In this document: piece by piece, positions 26,401-39,418 of the stretch
Position numbering within the stretch: the first letter of the stretch is position 1
How the letters are laid out: each line of letters opens with the position of its first letter
DNA from: Carcharhinus longimanus
Taxonomy: Eukaryota
Assembly (NCBI GenBank): GCA_030264375.1
Contig: JASCQW010000061.1
Span: 105,254,367-105,318,366, forward strand
Direction: 5' to 3'
Length of the DNA stretch: 64,000 nucleotides
Program-made: the position numbers and the translations under genes
Notes under the pieces: generated by a model
Seen by the model: the letters and a program-made list of their open reading frames with translations, nothing else
The model's database searches: none
What the model was told of the DNA's origin: nothing

Positions 26401-27413
26401 AGTGGCAGAGACTTAGGACCCAGTCTGAAGATCATCCTTGAGAAATGGTGCTATGAGAGAGTGAATAATTGAAGGGAGAGATGTTCTGTAAGAGTAGTCA
26501 GCCAGAAAGGCAGTGTTCTGGTGGAATTGAGCTGGAAAAGTCAGTCTGAATTAGGGCTGTGAGGATGCAAAGCTATTGAATGATGAACTTCCTGGCTGTA
26601 ATGAGCTATAAGAGCAGAATCTCTACATGCAAAATATGCATCCAGTTTCTCAAGGCTACATTGCTTACATTGACAGCCATCTGATACCCCAGCTTGCCTG
26701 GGGGACCTCCTAGTCCCTTGTGATAGAGGACTTTCTTCCTCCTGTCAGCCTTCAATTCCAAAACCTGCAGCGCTGTTCCAACCTTGGAGCATGCTACCTA
26801 CCCTGCAGCACCATTTTCATTCCTCTCACAAGTCAGTCTACTCCTTCCACTTTCAGCACTTTCTTCATCCAGAATGTACCCCTTCTTTAAAAGGTGCAAT
26901 ATCTTTAAGCAGTGTTAACTTTTTTGAGTTTGGAGTTCCTGATGAGGCATGCAGCCACTCAGCAGCTCATTTAGCACTGGACAGAATGCTACTATCACTT
27001 AAATTCAACCACATACTGCCATCTTTGCGAGAATAGGTTAATTGGCATCCTGATCCCTGTGCCCATTTTCAAGCCTTACCCAATTTCTCCCCCCATCCTC
27101 ATTCTACTTGGTAGTGATGCTTCTGTATTACATTATTACACTTGTGAAGAGAAAAAGGTCAACTATTTGAGTGAAGTGAGAAGAGGGAAAGAAGAATGCA
27201 GGGCGTTGGAGAAATTAAAAAAAAAACCTTCAGGATGTGAAGTAAGTGTCAAAATACCATGAAATTGAAGGTTATTCTTACCAAGACTGTTGTTATCANN
27301 NAAATCAAGACAAGATCTAATGATTGGATAAAAATGGTGTTAAATAAATTTGTTGTTAAGTGGAGTAGGCCAAATAATAATGTTCTTTACTTTTGACCTT
27401 TTTTTTGGAACAG

Positions 27414-27513
27414 GTTGTGGGTGGAAAGATGACTGAGTTTGGCAGATTATGCGCATTCATTACCAAGGTGAAGAAGGGGAGCTTAGCAGACACTGTGGGG
27501 CATCTTAGACCAG
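27414..27513 (+). CDS. RIMS2: RIMS2 exon D (100 nt, phase 0 to 1), PDZ: VVGGKMTEFGRLCAFITKVKKGSLADTVGHLRP
   Basis: ttttggaacag|GTT...CCAG|gtacta. LCAFITK...ADTVGHLRP is the RIM2-type sequence (RIM1 has LGAF...ADVVGHLRA, from memory). Confidence 0.97.
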
Positions 27514-27745
27514 GTACTAGTAATCACAATATTTAGCTTCTTTTATGAGTTTCCTTCTATTGTTGGCATTCATATTACTCTAATCACTGTAACGCCAGAG
27601 CCAATGTGATCTGTGTGAACCCTCTGGCAGACACCCTATATATGTAATTGGAATTAGGTAATAAGTAATAGTGCAGAACAGTCACAAAGGCTCAAACAGA
27701 TCTCCCTTCTTATCACAATCAAATGATTTTACGCTCAGAAATATA

Positions 27746-28195
27746 AAAGCAAAATACTGCATATGCTGGAAATCTGAAATTAAAACAAAAAATGCCAATG
27801 GCCACCCAGCGTCTGCGGACAGAAACAGAGTTAACATTTTGGGTTGATGATGACCCTTTGTCGTTTCTCCACTTTGCCTTCAAAAGGCTTATGTACAGCT
27901 ATTTACACCCTATCTGGACACATCATTTGTTTCTTTACATATTGCCTAACAGAGTCTTTTCTATTTAATCTTTCCAGCCCTTCACTCTGTCACAGACCAT
28001 CATCCCCCACCCCTCCAGTTCCTCCTTCCAATCCCCCCCTGCCGCCACCACCACCACCCCTACTCTTTAGTCAAAACTTATTGCATTTCTATCTTTCCTC
28101 AGTTCTGATGAAGGGTCATCACTGACACCGCTAACTGTGTTTCTCTCCACAGCTGCTGCTGACCTGCTGAGTATTTCCAGCATTTTCTGTTTTGA
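27746..28195. mobile_element. Penelope-derived fold-back element (inverted pseudo-LTR arms)
   Basis: Left arm aaaagcaaaatactgcatatgctggaaatctgaaat...acagagttaac. Right arm ...ctgatgaagggtca...tttctctccacagctgctgctgacctgctgagtatttccagcattttctgtttt. Confidence 0.6.
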
Positions 28196-28805
28196 TTTTA
28201 TGATTAATATTGTTTAACATATACATTTTATTAAATTGTGATTGGAAAAATCTTGGTTAATATGACCGGGCAAAAGTTAAGTAATAGTAGGCATTAGCAC
28301 ACCATTTTCTATGCAACATAGTTCCCAAGCAGAAGAATGTATAATAATACAAATAATTGATTGCTTTAATTTGGAAAGATGTCCTGTACCCTTTATTTCA
28401 TCTGTCAGCTGCACATGTCATAAATGGGAGCAAATGTTTTCATTTAGTCATGTTACCAGAGTTATGAACGTGAATCTTACTGTGGGATTATGCCTGAAGT
28501 TTGATAAACATTCTGTGGGGGATTTTCCAGCTGCGCTCGCCCCAAAACTGGAAAATCTCACCCGAGATCAACAGACATTTGCCTGGCCCGTACCCCACCC
28601 GCTACATTTCCCATGGTGGGCAAGACGGGAAGATTCCGTCCTTTGTATTTTAGAATCCTGGATTCTATTTTAATGCAAGTCTTTAAAGCCATCTACTTGA
28701 GCCTACAAAATTTCAATCTTCTGTGAAAGTGTTTTCAAGGAATTAAAATAGTTTTTTTGTTAATTGTATCTTGATGTTTTTATCTACATTATTTTGATTA
28801 TCTAG

Positions 28806-28929
28806 GTGATGAAGTACTTGAATGGAATGGAAGGTCATTACAAGGCGCTACCTTTGAGGAGGTGTATAACATCATTTTCGAATCTAAACCTGAACCACAA
28901 GTTGAACTGCTGGTTTCCAGGCCTATTGG
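28806..28929 (+). CDS. RIMS2: RIMS2 exon E (124 nt, phase 1 to 2), end of PDZ: (G)DEVLEWNGRSLQGATFEEVYNIIFESKPEPQVELLVSRPI
   Basis: tatctag|GT...ATTGG|gttagt; phase continues from exon D. Confidence 0.97.
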
Positions 28930-29109
28930 GTTAGTAGTTTTGGCTTTATTTTTCTTTATTCCTTCACAGGTACAGCTGGCAAAGCCAGCATTTGTTGCAC
29001 ATCCAAATATGCCGTAGAACTGAGAAGATCCGAGGCTATTTCAGGGGGCAGTTTAGAGTCAATCACGTAGCCACTGATTGTCCAACATTTTCCTCTATCG
29101 TTGGCTCAA

Positions 29110-31580
29110 GTCTCCAAGATGCAAAAATTAATATTTATTGTCTTTGTGTCATGCTTGCAAGCATCTTTGAGATAGATATATGGACATCCTACTGGTCGCC
29201 TGGTTCTGGCCATCTCACCATTTAGAAAATTCTGCGACCATCTTCCATCCTGAGAACATACCAAAGCCAGCGAAGTCACCTCTGTTTCAAATGTGCGAAG
29301 GTACTTGGAAGCTTTGCCTTTCAGAGCAATGCCACATTCATTATTTTGTTCTTCCATGAAATGCACAAAATGCAGTGCAAACAGTGAGGGTGAAAGTTCT
29401 TGAGTTGCCTTTCTTGATAACTTGAACTCATCCATGTTTCACAGCTAGACAAGCTTGTGAGAACACAGATCTCACAAACCCATATCTTTGTCCTAAGGAT
29501 CAACTTGATCTTATACCATGCGTGTTTTGTGAGATGGCCAAAAAGAACATAAGAAATAGGAGCAGGAGTAGGCCATCTAGCCCTTCGAGCCTGCCCCGCC
29601 ATTCAATAAGATCATGNNNNNNNNNNNNNNNNNNNNNNNNNNNNNNNNNNNNNNNNNNNNNNNNNNNNNNNNNNNNNNNNNNNNNNNNNNNNNNNNNNNN
29701 NNNNNNNNNNNNNNNNATCCTTGCGCAAGTGCGGCGACCAAAACTGCACACAGTACTCCAGCTGCGGCCTCACCAGTGCCCTGTACAGTTGCAACAGGAC
29801 CTCCCTACTTTTATATTCTATCCCCCTCGCTATGAAGGCCAGCATCCCATTTGCCTTCCTGACCACCTACTGCACCTGTCGGCTGGGTTTTTGCGACTCA
29901 TGCACAAGGTATATGATTTCCCTCTGCATATCTGAGGTTTTGTATTAAGAGTTGGATTGCCTATCATTGTAGATCCATAGTAGCAGGATTTGCTAATCAC
30001 TTACAATAAGTTGGTATATAGTGTGATCAGGGGCAGTAATGTGACACTGCGCCCCATGACCATCTATCATTCAGGGAGAACATGTTACAGGCGTGGGGAG
30101 AGACAGTCTATGAATCTTTGTAGCTGAGTTTTCATGTGAATGACAAATGCGGCATTATTAGCATAGAGGTGTTCTCTGATCAAAATGAGCTGTGTTTTTG
30201 TCAATCTAGAAAGATTGTACAGCTTAGTCTCCTCAGTTAAACTTCCATTTCTGCAGGGAAGACAAACGTGAGGAGCATTAGAAAGATGATAGCAAAAGAA
30301 AACGGGGGTTAGGACAGAGCCTTGTTTAACTTCATTCTTCACCTGTAGCTGTTGGAAATGGAGCCATCAAACTGTACAGTACAGTGCACATTATCATGGA
30401 AGGAGGGGATGAGACTGAGGAGTTCTTCTGGATGCCAACTCTCTCCAGGGTTTTGCTCTGCTGAGAGTGTTTAATGTTTCAAGTGAGACCTATGAAAGTA
30501 AAATAAGAGGTATATCCTCTTCCTGACATTTCTCTCATAGTTAACGTATGGTGGAGATTACATCCACCAAAGATTTGCCAGCACAGGAAACTGCACTGTG
30601 TTTCTGGTTACCCCTATCTGCTAGTTGATAGTGTCTTTTAAGCATGAATTTAGAGCAGGCCTTCACAGTGATGTTCTGGAGGGAAATGTCCCTACATTTG
30701 TCACAATATCCTCTATCTCCTGATTATTTCTGAGCATGTCCTCGAGAATGGATCCTACTTTCCAACAGAAGGAAAACGTCATGAAGGTGTAACAGCGGAT
30801 GAGACTTTGTGCTTGAGCAGTTCAGTTGGAATTCCTTTCTGGCTGGGTGTCTTTCTGCTTGCTAAGCAATCAATGGCCTTTCCCAGCTAAGTGACATGAG
30901 TTCTTTGTCTAACTCAACCATGGGAGGAAGCTGCCGGAAAATGTCAAATGCAATGTCGAAGTATCTGTCACACAGGAGTAAGACTCACAATAAAGTTCAA
31001 TCCAGCAGGTAATTTGTTTGTTCTGTCAGTGAGTACTTCACCAGTTTCTGCTTTCAGTGCAGTAGAACCAAGTGCCTCTTTGCATTGTTTTTCCATATCT
31101 TCTCCACGACTGTCTTGGTTTCTTTCAAATCATGTAGTCTTCTAAATAGTTGGATATGTTGTGCATCAAGTAGGCGCTATGTCTTTTGCTTCAGTGACAG
31201 ATGTCATCTGAATTGATTAGTTCTCAAACCAGTACTTGTTCCCGGTTCCGCCTTTATCAAAGGTTTCAGCTGTTGTTTCAAGCTTCAACAATATCAACAT
31301 TGACATTCCTTGGTAAGCCTTTGGGAGATAACCATTGCAAAGTGCTGGCAATTTTTTAATGCTGAGAACATTGTTGCATGGTGGGCCATCATGTTTAGAG
31401 CAGTTAAACGTTTGTGGTTGCACCTTCACTCTGCTGCTGACAAAAGAATGGTCAGCGTAGCAATCTGCACCGTGGTAGTTGGGGCACAGAGAATACAAGA
31501 TGGATTGTATCTTTCGATGATAATCAGGTCATATTAGGGCCAATGGCCACACCTTGGATGATACCATCATACCTTGTGGC
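29110..31580 (-). mobile_element. RTE-clade LINE remnant, interrupted by a CR1 insertion
   Basis: Minus-strand peptides KNEVKQGSVLTPVFF, HLYANNAAFV, SSCETWMSSSYQERQLKNFHPHCLHCILCISWKNKI and NYHGADCYADHSFV resemble the RTE RT and endonuclease regions. Confidence 0.75.
29544..29910 (-). mobile_element. Young CR1 LINE 3' end (gap inside)
   Basis: [49 protein letters not shown], plus tail aagaacataagaaataggagcaggagtaggcc. Confidence 0.9.
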
Positions 31581-31676
31581 AATGCCTTAAAAAAAAACTC
31601 TTGATGATGCAGAGTTTGACTCTGACAGTAGATATAGGAGATTTTCTGATGTATATATAAATATGTTCCAATAGAG

Positions 31677-32160
31677 TGGCACAGTGGTCATCACTTCTGC
31701 CTCACAGTGCCAAGGACCCAGGTTCGATACCCGGCTTGGGTCACTGTCTGTGCAGAGTCTGCACATTCTCCCCGTGTCTGTTTGGGTTTCCGCCAGGCAT
31801 TCTGGTTTCCTCCCACAGTCCAAAGATGTGTGGATTNNNNNNNNNNNNNNNNNNNNNNNNNNNNNNNNNNNNNNNNNNNNNNNNNNNNNNNNNNNNNNNN
31901 NNNNNNNNNNNNNNNNNNNNNNNNNNNNNNNNNNNNATTCTCCCCGTGTCTGTTTGGGTTTCCGCCAGGCGTTCTGGTTTCCTCCCACAGTCCAAAGATG
32001 TGTGGATTAGCTTGACTGGCCATGCTAAATTGCCACTTAGAGCCAGGGGACTAGTAGGGTAAATATGTGGGGTTATGAAGATCCTGGGTGGGACTGTGGT
32101 CAGTGCAGACGTGATGGGCTGATTGGCCTCCTGCACTGTAAGGATTCTACGATTAACATG
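31677..32160 (+). mobile_element. HE1-type V-SINE (split by a gap with a duplicated segment)
   Basis: ggcacagtggtcatcacttctgcctcacagtgccaaggacccaggttcga...cattctccccgtgtctg...ctgcactgtaaggattcta. Confidence 0.85.
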
Positions 32161-32834
32161 CATTCAGCACACTTCAGACATTGACACAACTGGAAGTGTT
32201 ACACTTGGTTACAAATACAAAACAAATATTTTTTTAAAATTGGAAAGTTGTTTAATCAAATGAAGGCATTAACAATTGTAATCTCCTCCTTCTCGAGCTT
32301 CAGGTCATAATTTGCATTTTCGAAACTCTTCACCAAGCTCCCACATCCTGGTCCTAATTCTATGTTGAACTATTGCACATTTCATGTTCAATCTCTCACA
32401 GAAAACAATAGATGGTGCTCATGTTCTTAAAAACAGTAAATATAGACTCAAAGTTTTCATTTTAGCTCCAGCAAGATAGAAAAATTAAAGCACATGTTGC
32501 ACAATAATTAAGTATATGATTAGACAAATTTCCCATGGCCGATTTTAAAAAAGCATTAAATGGCTCACTCCGCTCTTGTGAGTTCCATTGACTTCTGGAA
32601 AAATTTTTAAAATTCTGTCTTCCTTTTGCTACATAAACTCTCCATGAGCAGCCCGTACTAAATATGTTGGTTTGGGGGGAGGGGCAGGGAAGATGTTGAG
32701 TAGTGAGTTTTCACAAAACAGACCACTTCAGCATGACAAAATATTAAATAGCACTTTGAGCATAAAGGGCTTGAATTAAGGTTCAAAACTTTCAAAGGAA
32801 TCCAATGTTATGACCATTTGCCAATATCATTCTA

Positions 32835-33084
32835 GTCATGATGTGGGAATGCTGGCGTTGGACTGGCGTAAACACAGTAAAAAGTCTGACAACACCAGGT
32901 TTTAGTCCNNNNNNNNNNNNNNNNNNNNNNNNNNNNNNNNNNNNNNNNNNNNNNNNNNNNNNNNNNNNNNNNNNNNNNNNNNNNNNNNNNNNNNNNNNNN
33001 NNNNNNNNACATAAGTCCTCGAAAGCTTGTGAGTATTATCAAATAAATCGGTTGGACTAAAACCTGGTGTTGTCAGACTTTTTA
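32835..33084. mobile_element. Penelope-derived fold-back insertion with 13-bp TSD
   Basis: Perfect inverted repeat gtaaaaagtctgacaacaccaggttttagtcc / ggactaaaacctggtgttgtcagactttttac. TSD caatatcattcta at 32822-32834 and 33085-33097. Hammerhead 3' half gaaagcttgtgagt at 33021. Confidence 0.75.
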
Positions 33085-33949
33085 CAATATCATTCTACCC
33101 AGGTATCTTCCCAATCTCATTAAAGTAGGCCCAAACTTGAAATGTAGCCAAAAGAAGGTAAATCATGACAAAGAATTGGAACCCAATGAAAGCCCCAAAC
33201 TCAAGCTTCGTATTTCTTAAGTTGGATGATTTCAGTTTTGCGTCATTTAATCATCATGTTTGCACATCATCAGCATCTTTAAGGACCTACAGTTAGGAAA
33301 GGTCTTTAACACCTTATGTGACTTTTTACAATGTTACTAAAATTGATTCAAGAAAGGCAGTCTCAATGAAAATACAGCAGAAGAATTATTTTCCTTTCTG
33401 TTGGGCTCGAAAAATCTGATTGTAATGTTGAGAGACCCCTGAAGTTGCACAGTTGGAGGACTCTCACACTGGAGAGCTAAGGTGTGGCCAGTTTTGTGAG
33501 TGAAAATTTATTTGGGCAAAGGGATTGATGGACAGAATTACACATGTAACTCATTTAAGCCCAAAATTATGCAATCTTTTAAACTCACATGGCCATGTCT
33601 CCCTAGGTGCAAATGAAAAGGAAACTAGTCATATAAGTTATATTTTTATTTAAACCTTTCTTGCAAAGCATTGAACAATTTGGTTGTCAGTTTGTGCTAC
33701 TTGCCAGTTTGAAATTGATTGCTTTGGACAAAACCAGTTGGTGTCCCTTTAAATATTACAAGGTTTAGTTTGCTGTTACTGTATGAACATTGTTACTCAA
33801 TTTTCTGCTAATCACTCATTGCACACTGGCACCTCCAAATCTGCCTTTGAATCATTCATCTTTAACCCCAGTAAGTTTAATTTTAGCCAACCACAAGCAT
33901 TTTCGTGAAGAACTTGGGTAACATTTTCAGACATCAAGCCATTAAAGGA

Positions 33950-34122
33950 CATAATGTGGAGATGCTGGTGTTGGACTGGGGTAAACACAGTAAGAAGTCT
34001 CACAACACCAGTTCTATTCTGTCAGAACTCTCCACTCATCTGACAAAGGAACAGCATTCCGAAAGCTTGTGGCGTTTACTATCAAATAAACCTGTTGGAC
34101 TTTAACCTGGTGTTGTGAGACT
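33950..34122. mobile_element. Penelope-derived fold-back repeat with mutated hammerhead (about 34034-34072)
   Basis: Arms agtctcacaacaccag / ctggtgttgtgagact; internal ctgacaa-a-ggaa-cagca-ttcc-gaaagctt. Confidence 0.65.
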
Positions 34123-36396
34123 NNNNNNNNNNNNNNNNNNNNNNNNNNNNNNNNNNNNNNNNNNNNNNNNNNNNNNNNNNNNAGGGTCATTAGATTGGTT
34201 CCACTGGTCGGCGCAACATCGAGGGCCGAAGGGCCTGTACAGCGCTGTAATGTTCTATATTTGCAGTCTGTTTATTCCCTTTGAAGAAACTACAGCTGTC
34301 AATTGGGCTTAAAATCTTTGTAAACATTGCGTTCAGGAACGTTTGGGGTGCAAGAGCTGGCACTTCCTACATGACTTGCTCGTTTTCTGCCTCCTGGCTA
34401 CTACGCCAATATTTGTATCTGCACTTGATGTTTATAGGTTTGTTGTTGTTCAGTTGCAATAACTTCATATTTCATTTAGCAATGTGTCAATACAGTGGCC
34501 TTTTTGTCCAAAACGTCTTTTTGGAAGGCTAAGAGGAGCAATGACTAGCTCCATTATCTGTTCAGGCAGCTCAGTTTCTGAAAAATCGCAGTCCTCGCCC
34601 TTATTATGACACCTATTAACAAACTAATCAATTGGTTATTATGGCTATTGTCTGTGAGCCATTAGTTCCAATTAGAGTATTCTGAAATTCCTTTACAGGA
34701 AACTGATGCTCCAGCATATTCCACTGCTTAACAGGATCCTTCTGAACCTCCTCAGACAGCCCAAGGTGCAATCCTTTGTTTTCAATACTTACTTATCCAA
34801 TTCTGTGACAGATAAATCTAAAAAGCGTAGCTCCAGCCTTTGCTTAAAAAAAACTAAATTCAGATAGGATCTGCGGCCTTCCAATCCCTTCTGGAGAATT
34901 TAGTGGTCATCTTTCTAACACTCCCTATCTTTTATGGATGCTCCACACTTCGAGAGATTGTGTAAACACTACACTCTGGAGAGATTCAGCAATGCAGCTG
35001 ATAATTTTTTGAAATATGCTCTTCCCGTTTTTTTGACTGCAGTTCAGGTTTTTGCCACACTCATCCCAGTGGTGCTATTTTCCCATTTGCACACACTTTT
35101 TGCACAGAAAAGGCACTGGAGGATGTCTCAGTGACCCTCCTCTGTATGGAGATTTCAGTTCCCTTGGCGCTGCAGGTAGTATCTGTAACTGTGATTGGAC
35201 TCTGAACTATATCCAACCATGAGATACCACATTTCTGCTGTGCACTTCTTCAGCTACTTCCATGGATATTTTAGCTGAGAAGCTGACCTCTTTCTCCTGT
35301 AATATTTCTCTTTGAACCTGGCATCCACAGCCCACTACATAAACATAAGGGAAGTATCTGACAGCTGGGTTGGATGAGCATTGCAACCTTTCCACATTGC
35401 ATATCTGTCCTTGTGCTTGCTCTATCCTTGGCAATGGAGCTATTTAAATCTCTTTAAAGAGGGATTCTTCAATTGGCAGGTGCAAGCTGGCAATATCTAA
35501 TTGGGAAATCCCAAAGTGAGATGTTAATACTGTTACTGAATTCAAAAACTCACAGCAATGAGCCGCAAAATATCAGATTTCCAACGAGCTTTGGGTCCTC
35601 AGCTGAGAGTGAATCAGAAAGGTAAAAATTCTGTCCTTATTATCTACATTAGCACCAACTTTAAGTAAATTGCACATTTGTAATTAATGTAAAGTTCTAT
35701 TTGTGTCATGTATCATTCATTTCACAAAGACCTTCCCTAAGGTCACCCCTCATCAGCCCACTCATAGCAACAAATACTGCCTGCAGCAGTAAATCCTTGG
35801 AAGCAGCCATGGACAAGGAAACCTCCACACAGAGGAGGGTTTTGGAGTGCTTACCATAATGTTGTTTGCCAAATTGCCTATGACTTTGCTGTCAGAGTAT
35901 TATATACGTAAATCACAAGAAAATGATAATGAGTGAAAAGTGCAAGCATCAACGTTGCAAACAAGTGTGGATCTATCTATGTGAGTGCCTGCAAAGATAT
36001 TTTGACAGACAACCTCATAAATGTTCTTGTTAATTTTAATGGATGGAAATCATGGTGGATGTACAACAGAATTCTCGGGATGAAACTCCATCCAGGAAGG
36101 TCAGATTTGTTAAATGTATCATCATTTGTTCATCTCTAAAAGTATGTCATAATTTAGTATATTCTTTCAGATTTTAAATCAAGTCTGTTTGTTCTATCTT
36201 TTGACAAATTTAAAGAACCTATACATAGGAGAATGATTTGCGCATCATTAAAATGTACCACTGAAATAGTAACCATCACACTGAACTGTGAACTAGCCAT
36301 CAGATTTTAACGTATGACATGGAATCTTTGTTGAAAAATATAGTAGCACTCAAATTGTTGTTAAATTTTACTTCATGTTTTTTTTCATTATTGAAG

Positions 36397-36443
36397 GGAT
36401 ATTCCCCGGATACCAGACAGCACACATGGACAGCTGGAATCAA
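36397..36443 (+). CDS. RIMS2: RIMS2 exon F (47 nt, phase 2 to 1): (G)DIPRIPDSTHGQLES
   Basis: ttattgaag|G GAT...TCA A|gtaagt; phases fit both neighbouring exons. Confidence 0.95.
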
Positions 36444-37561
36444 GTAAGTGTGGTTTGTTTCTCTTCACTTCAGTAAAATTTACTTTGTTGCGCAAACTAA
36501 TAAAATCATCACTGAGAGAACAGAGTTAGAGTTGACAATTATTCATGAAGGCATAAGTCCATAAAATTCGATCCTTTCTTCAGTGCTAAAAAAGAGTAGA
36601 CTGATCTTCTTCGTACTTCAAAAGCAAAAGCATTTCTCCTTTCTGTGATGAAACTGCCAGGTTCAAGAGCTCTTCTGCAATTATTTCAAAGACATATCAA
36701 ACTCTCACTCAGATGAGGGGGTGTTTGCTGGATACAGTTAAAAACTTGTTCACCGTTGAGGTGGTTTCTTCAAGGCCAGTCCGTACAACAGATGCCAAAT
36801 AAACAGACAATTAGAAAATGGATATTTTCTCAGCAAACAATAGTGGCTATGTTGTGCCAAGTCAGCACAACAAGCTTTTGTGGGCACTAAGTCATGATCA
36901 GGAAAAGCACATGCAAATATGATCAGAGTGATTGCCTGCCACATGGGAGAAAGGACAAATACGAGATATCTACTCTGAAACAGCCATTAGGCCCATTGTA
37001 TGTGCAAATAAATAGCCTGATGCCAGCTTTAGTATTCTGCTGCTTTTAGCATTCCCTGAGGTGCTTAATGCTTGCTGCTTCTGGGAAAATTAAATCAAAG
37101 ACCGTGTGAACAAAAGGAAGTTACTTATTGTAATCACTGCTGCTCTTGGTCCAAAGAACTGTGACCTCTGAAACTAGTCCCAAGCCCCATCTTATATTCT
37201 CTCTGACCTCCAGAACCCCTCCTTTGACCCCATAACAGTACTTCTGAGATTCCAAGAGCAGTCCTCAGACTCCCAGCATCTTCTCCCCAACCCCAAAACA
37301 GAGTCTGAGGCTTGTGGTTACCCGTAACCATGACCTCCAAGGTCCACCCAACCCGCCCAATCGTTGGCTTTGAAACGCTCCCGATTCTCCCAACCCCACT
37401 TATCTGCAGGCTCTGGTGCTCTGAGCATTTGCTTGTATGGAGTCCCACCACAATGCCTTCTGACATTATGATGAAGTCAAGGCACAAAATACATCCTCAC
37501 TATTTGAGAATGCAGGGTAATGTGAACCCTCAAAGGTCATAGTTATTAAAAACTTATGCTG

Positions 37562-38430
37562 CCCTCTATTGGTGGAGTTGCAGATCATGACAAGGATTGT
37601 CTATAGGATACAGCAGGATATAGATAGATTGGAGACTTGGGCAGAGAAATGGCAGATGCAATTTAATCTGGAAAAATGTGAGGTGATGTATTTTCTTTGA
37701 TCAAATTCAGGTGTGAATTACACAGAAAATGGCAGAACACTTAGGAGGATTGACTAACAGAGGGATTTGGGTGCACAGGTTCCCAGATCCCTGAAAGTAC
37801 CACAGGTGGATAAGGTGGTCAAGAACGCATACAACATTGGGCAGGGCATTGAATATAAAAGTTGGCAAGTTATTTTACCGCCGTATTAAACTTTAGTTTG
37901 GAATATTGTGTGCAGTTCTGGTCGCCACACTACCAGAAAGATGTGGATGCTTTGGAGAGGGTGCAAAGAAGGTTTACCTGGATGTTGTCTGCTTTGGAGG
38001 ATTTTAGGTATGAGGGGAAGTTGGATAAACGCCAGTTGTTTTCACTGGAAAGATGGAGGCTGACAGGCAACCTAATAGAGGTCTACAAAATTATGAGAGC
38101 CGTAGTTAGGGTGGATAGTCAGAGACTTTTTCCAAGGGTGGAAGGGTCAACTACAAGAGGGCACAAGTTTAAGATAAGAGGGGAAAAGTTTAGGTAGAGG
38201 TGGGGGGAAGGGTGGTGGGTGCCTCAAATGTACTGCCTGTGGAGGCGGTGGAAGGAGGCACGTTAGTAACGTTCAAGGCGCATCTTGATAAACATATGAA
38301 CTGGAGGCAAACAGAGGGATAGAAACCATGTATGGGTAGTNNNNNNNNNNNNNNNNNNNNNNNNNNNNNNNNNNNNNNNNNNNNNNNNNNNNNNAAGGGC
38401 CCGTTCCTATACTGTATTCTTTGTTCTATA
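37562..38430 (+). mobile_element. CR1/HER1 LINE 3' fragment
   Basis: [30 protein letters not shown]...LFSLERWRLTGNLIEVYKIMR...TRGHKFKIRGEKFR. Confidence 0.9.
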
Positions 38431-39305
38431 TTATTGCATGGTTAAAGTAATATGTACTCGGCAAGTTATAATACTTTTCAAAGTTAGCAGGGAGCGAGAT
38501 TAAAGATTTGCCAATACATATTGATGAAGCAGATCATCCAACAAACTGAAGACTGCTTTTTATAGTAAGGATCAAAGACGCAAAACTTGAGAAATATTAT
38601 ACGAAGGCACATAAATCCTTCTTCACCAACAAACCTACAGCAATGCAGATAGTTATCAAAAGCCCCTGCTTAATAGATTGCCTGAACTCAGGATTCTTTT
38701 TTTCCAAGCCACTCTTTCGAACTTTAAATTATAAAATTCCTCCTTTAACTTAACTCTTGTCTGCTGTTCTTATTTCTGTGCTCTTTCTCAGAACCTCATG
38801 CTTCCATATAAATGAAAGCAATCAGACAGCTCTCAACATTGCAACATTTCCCTGGCTGCATTAAAAATGCAATTGATTTATATGAACCTTGGAGTGCACT
38901 TATGGAAGAATTCTAATGTTATGAATATATGAATTGAATATTTGCAACCTTTGCTGTATTACGTTATCTGTCTTTTGTTTTAAAAATACTTCTACTTTAA
39001 AAATAAATTATTTGTCAGACCATTTACTCCACTGCATCCTGGCTCACTTACAGAACCAGAATGCAGTGGAGTAAATCACATCCAAATTCATCAGCATAAT
39101 TTTCTCTCTGTCACTGATATGTCCCTGATTTGGTTTGGATGCACAATTCATTGTCATTTTGTGTTGGTGCCTTCTTCTAACTGTATGCTTTTAAAAAAAA
39201 TGACCTAAATTCATTACTACTGTTAAAATGTTCATTGATTCCTTAAAAGTTAACATGTGGGAAAACTAAATTTGTGCAATTAACAAAGACAACTTCTATG
39301 CATAG

Positions 39306-39418
39306 GTTCTAGCTCCTTTGAGTCTCAGAAGATGGAGCGCCCTTCTATTTCTGTCACTTCTCCCATGAGCCCTGGAATGTTGCGAGATGCTCCACAATTC
39401 CTGCCTGGACAGCTTTCA
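39306..39418 (+). CDS. RIMS2: RIMS2 exon G (113 nt, phase 1 to 0): (S)SSSFESQKMERPSISVTSPMSPGMLRDAPQFLPGQLS
   Basis: tgcatag|GT...TCA|gtatgt; RIM PDZ-C2A linker. Confidence 0.96.

Noticed and set aside
31765-32008. Apparent direct duplication of a 72-bp SINE segment
   Set aside because: The copies flank a 100-N gap and differ by one base, so this is most likely an unmerged scaffold overlap or allelic artefact.
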